Position numbers and translations under genes: made by a program. From NCBI GenBank assembly GCA_963713045.1, contig CAVQKE010000003.1:768001-832000 (forward strand): a DNA stretch of 64,000 bases, read 5' to 3'. Of this stretch, positions 31,245-41,360 are shown piece after piece; position 1 is the first letter of the stretch, and each line of letters starts with the position of its first letter. The notes under the pieces were generated by a model. The model was not told where the DNA came from, ran no database searches, and saw only the letters and a list, made by a program, of their open reading frames with translations. The stretch is from an uncultured delta proteobacterium. GTDB taxonomy: Bacteria > Myxococcota > Myxococcia > Myxococcales > Myxococcaceae.

Positions 31245-32124
31245 TCGGCTTCCTCGGCGGCTTCTTCTGCTGAAACCGCCACAATTGTAGGTTCTTTTCA
31301 CTTTGTCGCATCGCATCGAGTAGTCGCTCGGTGTCCCGGCGGTCGAGCTGGCCAGCCTCTCCGAAGCCGCCGTCGCGCAACGGCTCGGTCACCGGCTGGT
31401 TTTCAGGCTGGCCGGCGTCTGGCTTCAGGTTGCCCGACTCGCCCGGCTCCGCCCCTTCACGCCCTTGGCTTTGCCCGGCATCGGCCCCACCCCGGCCGCC
31501 GCCTGCGCCGCCGTCCCTGCTTCCTCCATCGCCTCCCGTTCCGCCGTCGCCGGTCCCGCCGTCGCCGGTCCCGCCGTCCCCGGTGCCAGCGTCCCCTTGG
31601 CCGCCGTCCTGTGGCCCTGCGTCGGGTCCGCCGTCCGGCGTCCCGCCGTCGGCGCCGGACTTCGGCGGCGGCAGCCGCCGCAACAGCACCTCCAGGTTGT
31701 GGCGTGCCGCCTCGTCAGAAGGCTCGAGCAAGAGCGCCCGCCGGTAGACGGAAATGGCCTCCTGGGTGCGCCCCAACTCGGCCAAGGCGTTGCCCAAGTT
31801 GTAGAGGTCATGCTCGCTCAGCTCGCCGGGCTTCATTTCCGCCGCCCGCTGGTAGGCGGCGCGCGCCTCATCGTTCCGGTGCAGCCGGTAAAGGGTGTTG
31901 CCTTTGTCGTATTCCAGCGCGGCGCTGTCCGGAAACTGCTTCTGGGCGGCCTCGAAGTCCTGCAGCGCCTCGTCGTAGCGGCCCTCGTCATAGGCCTTCA
32001 GGCCCTCGGCCACCTTGGGGGGATTGCGCTCGAGCGGCCCCAGGGCCAGCGCCTCAGGCGCACAAAGCAGGCCCCAGGCGAGAAGCCCGGCCGGCAAAAG
32101 GGCGTCGCGGCCCGGACCCCTCAT
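31228..32124 (-). CDS. batC: BatC-like TPR protein
   Basis: TPRs (YDKGNTLY, YNLGNAL, ARHNLE), DGG-rich linker, ends in EKDW. Confidence 0.85.
   Translation of the reverse strand: MRGPGRDALLPAGLLAWGLLCAPEALALGPLERNPPKVAEGLKAYDEGRYDEALQDFEAAQKQFPDSAALEYDKGNTLYRLHRNDEARAAYQRAAEMKPGELSEHDLYNLGNALAELGRTQEAISVYRRALLLEPSDEAARHNLEVLLRRLPPPKSGADGGTPDGGPDAGPQDGGQGDAGTGDGGTGDGGTGDGGTGGDGGSRDGGAGGGRGGADAGQSQGREGAEPGESGNLKPDAGQPENQPVTEPLRDGGFGEAGQLDRRDTERLLDAMRQSEKNLQLWRFQQKKPPRKPNEKDW
31541..31585. repeat. 15-bp tandem repeat x3 encoding (TGDGG)n in the BatC linker
   Basis: ccgccgtcgccggtc, ccgccgtcgccggtc, ccgccgtccccggtg. Confidence 0.85.
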
Positions 32125-33173
32125 GCCCGTCCTCGGTAGCGGCCCGGCAGCACCAGGCCAGCCACCAGAAGCAGCAGCCCCGGGGCGAGAAACCACTGGA
32201 AGCGCTCGTCCCAGCGGACGGTGAGGCGGCTCTCGAGTTCGCTCTTCTGCAGCCGGTCAATCCGTGCCGCCACCTCCGCCACCGCCACCCCGTGCGGCTG
32301 GTAGAAGAATTCGCCGCCGGTCAGCTGGGCCAGCGCCTCCAGTCCGGCACGGTCCAGCCGGGTGAGGACGGTATTGCCGGAGGCGTCCTTCTTGTACCCC
32401 ACCACCTCGCCGGACTTGCCCAATTCCGGGATGGGCTCCCCGGCGTCGCTGCCAATTCCCACCGTGTACACCTTGATGCCGGCCGTCCGCAGCGACTCGG
32501 CCGCTTCCATCTCCTCGCCGGACAAATCCTCGCCGTCGGAGAGCAGCACCACCACCCGGTCCTTGGCGCCTCGGTCGGCGCCCTCCAGCATTTCTTGAGC
32601 GAGCAGCAGCGCGGCGCCAATGTTGGTGCCGCCCTGCTGCATCTGCTCGGGGTCGACCGCGCGCAGGAAAAGCTTCGCGGCGGCGTAGTCGCTGGTCAGC
32701 GGCGATTGGATGTAGGCGTCGCCGGCGAATGCGACGATGCCCACCCGGTCCCCTTTGAGCGAATCGAGCAGCGCGTTCAGCTCCAGCTTGGCCCGTTCGA
32801 GGCGGTTGGGCGTCACGTCCCGGGCCAGCATCGACTTGCTCGCGTCCAGCGCAACCACCAAGTCGATGCCGCGACGCCGGGCCAGCTCGGTGCGACTGCC
32901 GCATTGTGGCTGACTCAGCGCCAGCGCAAACAGCACCAGGCCGCCCGCCCTCAGCGCGGCCTGCAGCGTGCTCAACAGGATGCTGACTCCAGGGGCCAGG
33001 GTCGGTCCGAGCCGTGGGCCGAGGAGGGCTTCGACGCGCGGCCGGCGCCGGAGGGCCGCCCGGAGCCCCCACAGCCCGAGGAGGACGGCGAGGAGGGCCA
33101 GCACCAGGTAGCCCGGATGCTCCAACCCCAAGGGGTAGCCGAGAAAGCCGAAGCGAAAGGGGTTCTGGCTCAC
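32121..33173 (-). CDS. batB: BatB vWA-domain protein
   Basis: DASKSM MIDAS motif, PNRLERAK, DRVGIVAFAG, LLSDGED. Confidence 0.9.
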   Translation of the reverse strand: MSQNPFRFGFLGYPLGLEHPGYLVLALLAVLLGLWGLRAALRRRPRVEALLGPRLGPTLAPGVSILLSTLQAALRAGGLVLFALALSQPQCGSRTELARRRGIDLVVALDASKSMLARDVTPNRLERAKLELNALLDSLKGDRVGIVAFAGDAYIQSPLTSDYAAAKLFLRAVDPEQMQQGGTNIGAALLLAQEMLEGADRGAKDRVVVLLSDGEDLSGEEMEAAESLRTAGIKVYTVGIGSDAGEPIPELGKSGEVVGYKKDASGNTVLTRLDRAGLEALAQLTGGEFFYQPHGVAVAEVAARIDRLQKSELESRLTVRWDERFQWFLAPGLLLLVAGLVLPGRYRGRA

Positions 33174-34192
33174 GGAAACACCCGAAGCCAGCTGAAGCGC
33201 AAGAGCAGCTCGAGCGCGGCCAGGACGAAGGCGGCCAACAGAAACGGGCTGAATTCCTCCCGCATGTTGGCCATCGCCCCGCCTTCGAGAAGCTTGCTCT
33301 TGTCCAGGCGGTCGAGGACTGAGCGCAGGCCGTTTTGCAAGGACTCGCGGTCGGTGGCGCGGTAGTAGGCGCCCCCCGTCTCGGCGGAGATGGACTTCAA
33401 GAGCTCGGGGTTGATGGCGACTTCCACCTCCCGGTAGGTGGGGTTGCCGAAGAGGTCCGTCCCGTCCGGGAATGGTACCCGGCCGCCCTTGCCGACCAGG
33501 ACCGTGAAAACAGGGACGTGCAGCGACTTGGCCATCGCTGCGGCGTCGAGCGGAGAGATTCTTCCGGCGTTGTTGTCGCCGTCGGTGATGAGGACGATGA
33601 CTTTGCTCTTGGCATCCGAGTCACGCAGCCGGTTGAGTGAGACGGCGATGGCGTCGCCAATGGCGGTGCCGTCTTCGATGACTCGGGTGCGCAGCTGCTT
33701 CACCACTTCCTTCAAAACGCCGTAGTCCAGGGTGAGCGGCGCCTGGGTGTAGGCCGCACCGGCAAACACCACCAGGCCAATGCGGTCGTTCACCCGGCTG
33801 GAGATGAAGTCGTTCAGCGTCTCCTTGGCGACGCTGATGCGGTTGCCTCCGCCGCCGAGCGAGCGGAAGTCGCCGGCTTCCATCGAGGTGCTCAAGTCGA
33901 GGGCGATGACGATGTCGATGCCTTCCACCGAGAGGTCCCGCGTCCTCGCTCCGGACGTCTGGGGACGGGCCAAGGCGACGATGGCCAGGGTCAGGGCCGC
34001 CATGCTCAACACCGGCAACAGGCTGACCGCGCGCGCCCGGAAGCCGGCCGGGCCCAAGGCCACCAGGTGGGCGGCCGAGAAGCGCAGCGCGGCACGGCGG
34101 CGCTGCTGGGCAACGCTGAGCGCTCCCACCAGCGGCACCAGCAGCAGCAGCCACAGCATCCGCGGGTCGTGCCAGAGAAAGTCAGACGGCAT
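33170..34192 (-). CDS. batA: BatA vWA-domain protein
   Basis: ALARPQ, GIDIVIALDLSTSM, DRIGLVVFAG, GTAIGDA, ITDGDNNAG. Confidence 0.92.
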   Translation of the reverse strand: MPSDFLWHDPRMLWLLLLVPLVGALSVAQQRRRAALRFSAAHLVALGPAGFRARAVSLLPVLSMAALTLAIVALARPQTSGARTRDLSVEGIDIVIALDLSTSMEAGDFRSLGGGGNRISVAKETLNDFISSRVNDRIGLVVFAGAAYTQAPLTLDYGVLKEVVKQLRTRVIEDGTAIGDAIAVSLNRLRDSDAKSKVIVLITDGDNNAGRISPLDAAAMAKSLHVPVFTVLVGKGGRVPFPDGTDLFGNPTYREVEVAINPELLKSISAETGGAYYRATDRESLQNGLRSVLDRLDKSKLLEGGAMANMREEFSPFLLAAFVLAALELLLRFSWLRVFP

Positions 34193-35120
34193 CGACTGGG
34201 ACCGGGGACGGCGGGGGAGTGGTGGCCTCGACCAGGGCGAAGCCGTAGCCGAGCGCCCACTCGGCAGCGGTGGTGGTGATTTCGGCGCGCGCGAATTTGG
34301 CGACATCGCACTGGTCCACGAAACGGTGCAGCTCGGTCGGCTCGAGTCCGGGCGGGTCAAGCCGCTCCACCTCGCGCAGCAACTCTCCGCTGGTGCACTC
34401 CAGCGCCTCGAAGGCGAACCGTTCGCCGAGGTAACTGCGGACAATTTCGGAAAGTCGGAAGTGGTACTCCCGCACCAGCCCCTTCTCGAGCAGGTGCTCG
34501 CCGCGCAGCGCCTCAAGCGCTTCCCGGGTCCGTTCCGGCAGCGGACGCGGAGGGGCCAGCGGACGTCGCCGGCGGCGGTTGGCCAGGGCGCGGCGGATGA
34601 GCAGAGCGCTGGCCACCAACGCGGCCAGTCCCAACAAAAACCACACCAGCCGCCAGCTTCGCACCGGCACATCGGCGTTGGGTTTGATGTCCATCAACTC
34701 GGCGCCATTCTTGGCGGCGTCGGGCGGCAGGCTGGACAGGCCTTCCACCGGCGTCCCAGCCACCGAAGCCGTCCGCGGCGGGCCGCCTCCCACGACGTCA
34801 AAGACAAGGGTGGGAATCGGGTGAGGGCCCAATTCAAAGAGGGCCATTTCCAGCCGGAAGGTGGTGGTGCTTTGGCCGGCGGCGTCGCTGCGCTGTCGGC
34901 CGTTGGAGCGCAGGGCAAAGGCGCCGAGGTCAACCGGGGGGCGCAGCTCCCAGCGCTCGTCGGGGGAGTGCACCACCGTCACGGTGTAGGTGAAGGGCTC
35001 GCCGAGGTGCACTTTGTCCGCGGAAACGGCGGGGGAAATTTTCGGAGGCGTCGGCCCGGCATCGACCGAGTCCGAGGTTGAGAGCAGCACCAGCGCGACC
35101 GCCAATGGGCCAACCATCAC
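34182..35120 (-). CDS. Bat-operon membrane protein (DUF4381-like)
   Basis: Signal, Ig-like region, DIKP + TM helix, LSEIVR.YL..RF...ALE.T..E, D.AKFA. Confidence 0.8.
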   Translation of the reverse strand: MMVGPLAVALVLLSTSDSVDAGPTPPKISPAVSADKVHLGEPFTYTVTVVHSPDERWELRPPVDLGAFALRSNGRQRSDAAGQSTTTFRLEMALFELGPHPIPTLVFDVVGGGPPRTASVAGTPVEGLSSLPPDAAKNGAELMDIKPNADVPVRSWRLVWFLLGLAALVASALLIRRALANRRRRRPLAPPRPLPERTREALEALRGEHLLEKGLVREYHFRLSEIVRSYLGERFAFEALECTSGELLREVERLDPPGLEPTELHRFVDQCDVAKFARAEITTTAAEWALGYGFALVEATTPPPSPVPVDAV

Positions 35121-35998
35121 GCTGCCAGCCTGCGGGCCCGAAGCCGGAAGAAGCGCACCAGCGCCTCGCCATGGTCTTCGCCTGCCCGCAACTCGACGGC
35201 GTCCAGCTCGAGACGCCGGAAGACCTGGGTCCGCTCGGCGCGCCGAGTCCGCATCGCGCGCTGGAAGGCGCTGGCAGCAGCGGCACTCGAGCTGTCCACC
35301 AGCGTGCGTTGCCCGGTCTCCGGGTCCTCCAGCTCCACCAGCCCGAGGCTTGGGAGGGCATCCTCGAAGGGGTCGCGTACCACCACCGGGATGACGTCGT
35401 GGGTGCGCGCGGCGCCCCGGAGGGGCCCCTCGTAGTCCGGCACCAAGAAGTCTGAGATGACGAAGGTGACGGCGCGCCGCTTGGCGACGCGCAGCAACCA
35501 GGTGAGGCCGGCGGCCAAGTCGGTGCCCCGGCCGACGGCGCGGTGCTCGAGAATGTCCGTCACCACCCGCAGGACGTGCTTGCGGCCCTTCTTGGGGGGA
35601 ATGACCAGCTCCACCTGGTCACTGAACAGCACCAGGCCGACCCGGTCATTGTTGGCGATGGCGGAAAAGGCAATCTGCGCGGCGACTTCGGCCGCCATCT
35701 CTCCCTTGGTTTTCCCCTGCGAGCCGAACCCCTGCGAGCCAGAGATGTCCACCAGCAGCATCACCGTCAGCTCGCGCTCCTCGGTGAACACCTTCACGTG
35801 CACATCGTTCATCCGTGCCGTGACGTTCCAGTCGATGGAGCGAATCTCGTCGCCCGGTTGGTAGGGACGCACCTCGGAGAACGCCATGCCCCGCCCCTTG
35901 AAGACGGAGTGGTATTGGCCGGCCAACAGGTTGGACACCACCCGACGGGTGGCAATCTCCAATCGCCGGATGCGTCGTATGAGGTCCCTGGGCAGCAC
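35117..35998 (-). CDS. DUF58 family protein
   Basis: GQYHSVFKGRGMAFSEVRPYQPGDEIRSIDWNVTAR, EERE, ISDF. Confidence 0.95.
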   Translation of the reverse strand: MLPRDLIRRIRRLEIATRRVVSNLLAGQYHSVFKGRGMAFSEVRPYQPGDEIRSIDWNVTARMNDVHVKVFTEERELTVMLLVDISGSQGFGSQGKTKGEMAAEVAAQIAFSAIANNDRVGLVLFSDQVELVIPPKKGRKHVLRVVTDILEHRAVGRGTDLAAGLTWLLRVAKRRAVTFVISDFLVPDYEGPLRGAARTHDVIPVVVRDPFEDALPSLGLVELEDPETGQRTLVDSSSAAAASAFQRAMRTRRAERTQVFRRLELDAVELRAGEDHGEALVRFFRLRARRLAA

Positions 35999-36018
35999 GG
36001 CGCGCCTCGCAAAACCAG

Positions 36019-37007
36019 TCAGGGTACGGGGACGCGGTCGAAGACGCGCTGCACGATGGCCTCTGGGGTGAGCTCCTCGGCCTCGGCCTCGTAGGTGAGA
36101 CTCACTCGGTGGCGCAGGACGTCCATCCCCACCGCCTTGACGTCTTCCGGGGTGACGAAGCCCCGGTGCCGCAGAAAGGCGTGGGCCCGCGCCGCCAGGT
36201 GCAAAAACAGGGTGGCTCGTGGGCTCGCGCCATATTCAATCGAGCCAGCCAAATCCTTCATCCCGTGGGCGGCCGGGTCCCGGGTGGCGAAGACGACGTC
36301 CAGGATGTAGTCCTTCACCTTGTCGTCGACGTAGATTTGGTGCACCACCGCTCGGGCCCGGGCAATTTGCTCGGTGGACACCACCGGGTGGGCGCGGGGC
36401 AATTCCTCGCGCCCATCCGCTCCATGATGACCCGCTCCTCCTGGCGACTGGGGTAGCCCACCTTCACCTTGAGCATGAAGCGGTCCACCTGCGCCTCGGG
36501 CAGCGGGTAGGTGCCTTCCTGCTCGATGGGATTTTGGGTGGCCAGCACGATGAAGGGGTCCGGCAGCGGGTACGTCTTGTCGCCGATGGTGACCTGTCGC
36601 TCCTGCATCGCCTCCAGCAGCGCCGACTGGACCTTGGCCGGGGCGCGGTTGATTTCGTCGGCCAGGATGACGTTGGCGAAGATGGGGCCCTGGCGGACGG
36701 TGAAGCTCGCCGCCTGCTGGTTGAAAATCATCGTCCCGACCAGGTCCGCCGGCAGGAGGTCCGGGGTGAACTGGATGCGCTGAAAGCGGGCCGAGATGCC
36801 ATCGGCGAAGGTGCGCACGGTGAGCGTCTTGGCCAGTCCGGGCACGCCCTCCAGCAGCACGTGCCCATTTCCCAACAGGCCGATGAGGACGCGCTCCAGC
36901 ATCTGGTGCTGTCCGACAATGACGCGCGAGGTCTCCTTGAGGAGCTCATCCACGAAGCCGCTCTCCTCGCGGACGCGTTCGGTTAGGGCTCGAATGTCGA
37001 AATTCAG
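36019..37007 (-). CDS. moxR: MoxR family AAA+ ATPase, with a one-base deletion near 36410
   Basis: [64 protein letters not shown]-terminal GASPRA...VLRHR lies in another frame. Confidence 0.93.
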
Positions 37008-37201
37008 GGGGGTCCTCCTGTCACAACGGGCGGCGGACTGTAGGTGCTCTGGCCGAATGCCAACAACAAGAGACGACTGTGAGGAATTCCGCACGTCTTG
37101 GACGTCGGTCGAGCAGCGCGTTTGACAGTCGAGGCCGTGAAAGGTTTGCTTTGGCCTCGGGCTGGTACGGCTTTTCCACGGGGGCTTCCCGCGCCCTGGC
37201 C

Positions 37202-37690
37202 ATGGAGAGCAGGCTTCAGTCCCAGGGCGGTTTGCAGATGATGACCACCTCGCGCGCCGAGGCGTACTTGGGCCTTCCGGAGTGGGCCCGGCGGATTACC
37301 AGCCAAGTCGAAGTCTGCTTCCACGAGTCACTCCAGGGGACTTGGCGCCCGGACGGCACCGAGGCCGATGCGCCGGTGAGCCTCGAACTGGACAGCTGCG
37401 CTTCCAGTGCGCAGGCGCTGCTCGACACCGGGGAAATGCGCTCGGCGGGGACGCTGAGGCTGGATGGCCTCGCGCGGCAGACAGCAGTGCAGGGGCTGCG
37501 ACACGTCGACTGGGAGAGCGGCCGCATCAGCATGCGGCTGCGCTTCACGGCCGACGACGGTCGGCCCTACCTTCTGGTGGGTGGTTGGACACCGCGGCCT
37601 ATTTCCGACGGCGAGCCGTTCCGCTTCCGACTCGAGTCTGGGGACGGTACGGCGGCTGGGCACGCGGTGCTCAGCGTGGTCCGCCCCTAG
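37202..37690 (+). CDS. Hypothetical beta-rich protein
   Basis: Plausible amino-acid composition (F.E.L.G...GTLRLDGLA...[14 protein letters not shown]); start uncertain (37202 or 37238). Confidence 0.55.
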   Translation: MESRLQSQGGLQMMTTSRAEAYLGLPEWARRITSQVEVCFHESLQGTWRPDGTEADAPVSLELDSCASSAQALLDTGEMRSAGTLRLDGLARQTAVQGLRHVDWESGRISMRLRFTADDGRPYLLVGGWTPRPISDGEPFRFRLESGDGTAAGHAVLSVVRP

Positions 37691-37776
37691 CCCTCCCCTA
37701 GCCCAGCGGTGAGGGCTTCGAGGCTGCACAGCCAGCTTGGAGAACTCCCGACCTTTTGTGGCCTCGCTGAAGCCCT

Positions 37777-39354
37777 TCAATTCCCCTCGTCCAGGCGTCG
37801 CTGTTCCAGCCGGCGGGTGGGCAGCCACTCTGGGTGGGCGCGCAGGAAGACGAGGAAATGCTCGCGGACAAGGCAGCGCAGCTCGCCCGTGTCGTCGGCG
37901 TTGGCGGCGCTGACCAGAATCCGGACGGTGGCGGTTTCCGCCGTCGCCTCCACCACTTGGACCTTGGCCAGGCGCCCATTCCACAGCGGTTTCCCCGGCC
38001 CGGCGAGAATGCGGTCGAGCTCCTGGCGCAGTGCTGCGACGTCCACCCGGTAGTCCAGTTGAAGCAGCACCACCCCCACCATGTCCGCCGTGCCTCGGCT
38101 CCAATTTTGGAAGGGCTTCTCGAGGAAGTAGCTGACCGGCACCACCAGGTGCCGGTTGTCCCACAGCCTGAGCACCACGTAGCTCAGCGAGATTTCGGCC
38201 ACGGTCCCACTCTCGCCCTCCACCACCACCGAGTCGCCGATGCGAATCGGCTGACTCAGGGATAGCTGAATGCCTGAGATGAGGGCCCCGATGGACTTCT
38301 GGGCCGCCAGGCCCACCACCACCCCCGCTACCCCGGCGGAGGCCAAAAGCGAGAGGCCCACCGTCCGCACCCCGTTGAACTGCATCAGAAAGGCCGCCAG
38401 CCCGAGCACGTAGACGATGACGGTGAGCACCCGCCACAGCACAACCATCTGGGTGCGGGTCCCAGCGGCGCTCCCACCTCGGGTGACCAGCTGCCGGTCC
38501 ATGGCGCGGCTGGCCACGTTCAGCGCCCGAAGGACAAACCAGGTCGCGGCGATGATGGCCAAAGACTGGCAGACCAGGCCCACCCAGCTCTCCCAGCCAA
38601 CATCGAGCAGCAGCCGGGAGGTCACCGCGCGAAAGGCGACAATGGCCAGGGGCAGTTTGAGCGGACCGCGCGCGGCAACGACCAACTCACTGTCCCAAGA
38701 CAAAGGGGTGAGGCGGGCCAGCCGCTCCAGAGCTGCCAACACCAGCTTTTCCCCGAGCCAGCCCACCACCACCGCCAGCACCAACCCCAAAAGCAGGCCA
38801 AGCCATTGCCAGAGTTCGAGCCCGAGACGGGTGGTGGTGAGAATGGCCGGCATTGGCTCGGGCAGAGGTGGGCCGTAGGCCTCGTACAGGGCATCCACCG
38901 CGCCGACGGTGTCCTTGCTGAAGAGCCACACCGGCCCGTCCGCTGTCCGCAGCCGCACCAGCCGCACCGGCGTCGGGCGGCCGGCCACCTCGAGGCTGGT
39001 CAGCACCACGCTCCCCGGTCCGCTCTCGCCCTCCTTGGGAAGTGCCTTCAAGTCCAGGGCCTGTCGGTCCAGGACGAAGCGCAGCCGTCGCGCCAGCCGC
39101 GCTCCTTCGGAGGCCTGCTGTTCAGGGGGCAACTCATCCAGCCACAAGTCCTGGGCGGCGTCGGCAAAGCGCCCCGCCCGCGCCTCGTTGAGGAAGCCTT
39201 GCACGGTGGCGAAGGGACTCGAGCGGTCGAGGCCCGGCGGCGGCTCTCGCAGGCCGGAATTGAAACCGAAGGCGGCACCGCCGAAGAGAAGCCCGGCGCA
39301 GACGAAGCCGACGTTGCTTCGGCAGCCGGCGCCGAGTTGGCTGAGAATGCGCAC
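37777..39354 (-). CDS. mscS: MscS family mechanosensitive channel with a periplasmic N-domain
   Basis: SLLASAGVAGVVVGLAAQ, PIRIGD.V, G.V.EI, F.NWSR. Confidence 0.92.
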   Translation of the reverse strand: MRILSQLGAGCRSNVGFVCAGLLFGGAAFGFNSGLREPPPGLDRSSPFATVQGFLNEARAGRFADAAQDLWLDELPPEQQASEGARLARRLRFVLDRQALDLKALPKEGESGPGSVVLTSLEVAGRPTPVRLVRLRTADGPVWLFSKDTVGAVDALYEAYGPPLPEPMPAILTTTRLGLELWQWLGLLLGLVLAVVVGWLGEKLVLAALERLARLTPLSWDSELVVAARGPLKLPLAIVAFRAVTSRLLLDVGWESWVGLVCQSLAIIAATWFVLRALNVASRAMDRQLVTRGGSAAGTRTQMVVLWRVLTVIVYVLGLAAFLMQFNGVRTVGLSLLASAGVAGVVVGLAAQKSIGALISGIQLSLSQPIRIGDSVVVEGESGTVAEISLSYVVLRLWDNRHLVVPVSYFLEKPFQNWSRGTADMVGVVLLQLDYRVDVAALRQELDRILAGPGKPLWNGRLAKVQVVEATAETATVRILVSAANADDTGELRCLVREHFLVFLRAHPEWLPTRRLEQRRLDEGN

Positions 39355-39362
39355 GGAAGGGA

Positions 39363-39632
39363 CTAGCGGCCGGCCACGCCCGCCTTGCCTCGCACCTTGA
39401 GCCGCTTCACCTTACGAGCCAGGGTGTTGCGGTCGACGCTGAGAAAAGCCGCCGCCGTGGAGAGTTGCCCCTCGTTGCGCTCCAGTGCCTGGCGCAGGAC
39501 GGCGCGGTCCACCTGGTCGAGCAGCGTCCGGTAGAGTTCCGGCACTTTCCGACCGTGGAGCTGGTCGAGGAAGTGACCCAAGCGGAGGTAAACCAACTCT
39601 TCCAGCGGCAATTTCAGGGGGTCTGCGGCCAC
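39363..39632 (-). CDS. Fis-like small DNA-binding protein (HTH_8)
   Basis: LY..LL.QVDRAVL..AL....G....AA..L.VDRNTLARKV; 89 aa, stand-alone. Confidence 0.85.
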   Translation of the reverse strand: MAADPLKLPLEELVYLRLGHFLDQLHGRKVPELYRTLLDQVDRAVLRQALERNEGQLSTAAAFLSVDRNTLARKVKRLKVRGKAGVAGR

Positions 39633-39737
39633 GAACGCCCCACGGTGGAGACGACGGTGGGCCAGCGCTTACAGCACCCTCCAGGGGCACAGGTCAACGA
39701 CCGCGCGCAGTCCAGGGGTTGTGGTACACACCCCCCA

Positions 39738-41281
39738 GTGGAGTTGACGCACGTTCGGCGGAAGTTTCCGCCGCGCCGCTGGCTGGCTCCAGCCGTCGCG
39801 GCCCTGCTGCTGTTGTGGTGTGCGAGCTGGGGGCTGGGGCGGGCCCGGGCCGCCGCTTCGGCCGACGGCGGAGCCAGCGGCCGCCTCGCTCTCTTCATCA
39901 CCGCGGACCTCCAGGGCCAGCTGCTGCCCTGCGGTTGCAGCGCCGGCATGCGGGGGGGGCTGGGCCGCGCTGCAGCCCAGCTGGCACTGGCCCGCACCGA
40001 CGGCCTCAGCGTGGTGTACCTGGACGCCGGCGACGCCCTCTTTGACCGCGCCGGGCTCCAGCCGGACGAGGCGGTGGAGGAGGAACAAAAGCCCAGGCGG
40101 TGGCCGAGGCCCTTCGACGGATGGGCCTGTTGGCCCGGGCCACCGGACCACTCGACGACGTCCAGGGCCCTGGCTTTCGCCGTTCGCTCGGCTTGCCCGA
40201 ATTGTCGAGTGGCACCGGCCGGCTCATCAGCGTCGGGGGCCACCGACTGGGCGTGGTGGCAGCCCACTCCGCCGAGGAACTCGCCCAAGCCGCCGCGCGG
40301 GTGCGCGCGGATGGCGCGGAATTTGTCGTCGGCCTGTACGGCGGCCCGCTCGACGCCGCGCTCAGTGCAGTGCATGGCACCGAGGGCCTGGACCTGGTGG
40401 TGTCCGCCCAGGACGCTCCGCTCGTCTCCGTGGGCGACGAGAGCCGCCTGGTGAGAGGCCCCGTCCCGGTGGCCCGTGTGCAGAGCCGGGGCCGGGCTCT
40501 GCTTCGGGTGGACTTGGTCTTCGACGGGTCGGGCCGCTTCCAACTGTTCGGCTCGCCGGAGGACGTGATGCGTGAAGCGGCGACCCTGGACGAGCGCATC
40601 GCCCTCCTCAAGAAGGAGCTCGCGCTGCCGGGCCAGAGCCGCGAGAGAAAGGACCTCCTCACCGAGCGCCTCAAAACCCTGGTTGACAAGCGGGGCGCGC
40701 TGGCTCCAGCGCCGCCCGTGTCCGGAGTCAACGGCTTTACCGTGCGCTTCATCCCGTTGGAGACGACGCTGCCCAGTGACGCCGCGGTGGACAGTGTGGT
40801 GGCGGCCTTTGATGCGGACGTTTCGAAGCTGAATCTGGCCTGGGCCAAGGCGCACGGCCGGGACTGTCCACCCCCCGGCGAGGGGGAGGCCGCTTACCTC
40901 GGCAACGCAGGGTGCAAGGCCTGCCACGCTGCCAGCTTCGTCGTCTACCGGGAGACGGGGCACGCCCGCGCCTACCAGCAGCTGGAAAATGTCCACCAGC
41001 AGTACCGGCTGGAGTGCGTGGCCTGCCACGTGGTGGGCTTTCAGCAGCCGGGCGGGGTGTGCCGCGTGGACCACGTCGCCACCCGGGAGGGGGTGGGGTG
41101 TGAAAATTGCCACGGGCCAGGCTCGCTGCATGCCGCGCGGCCGAACACCCAGCCGATGCCCCGCAACGCCCCGACAGGTGGGGTGTGCGTCGGATGCCAC
41201 ACCCCGGAAAACTCACCTCACTTCGACTACTCGCTTTACCTGCCCCGGGTGCTTGGACCGGGACATGTCGCCAGGCGTTGA
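39738..41281 (+). CDS. UshA/5'-nucleotidase-like domain fused to a tetraheme cytochrome c, with a one-base deletion near 40091
   Basis: TM helix, TADLQGQLLPCGC...GGL.R, LDAGD; then CKACH, CVACH, CENCH, CVGCH. Confidence 0.85.
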
Positions 41282-41306
41282 CGCTCCGTCACCGGCACCT
41301 TACGCT
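41278..41306 (+). promoter_or_regulatory. Sigma70-type promoter for the lytic transglycosylase gene
   Basis: TTGACG-N17-TACGCT; the -35 overlaps the upstream stop codon. Confidence 0.65.
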
Positions 41307-41360
41307 TGTGCACATTCGCTTCGCTTCCCTCGCCCCGCGCGGTCGCGCGGCGCCTCCTGA

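Noticed and set aside
31490..31660. Repeated ccgccgtc units that look like an array
   Set aside because: They encode the DGG/DAG low-complexity linker of BatC; there are no spacers, so this is not CRISPR
28666..37007. MoxR-DUF58-vWA-TPR cluster as a novel system
   Set aside because: This is the already described Bat/MoxR operon
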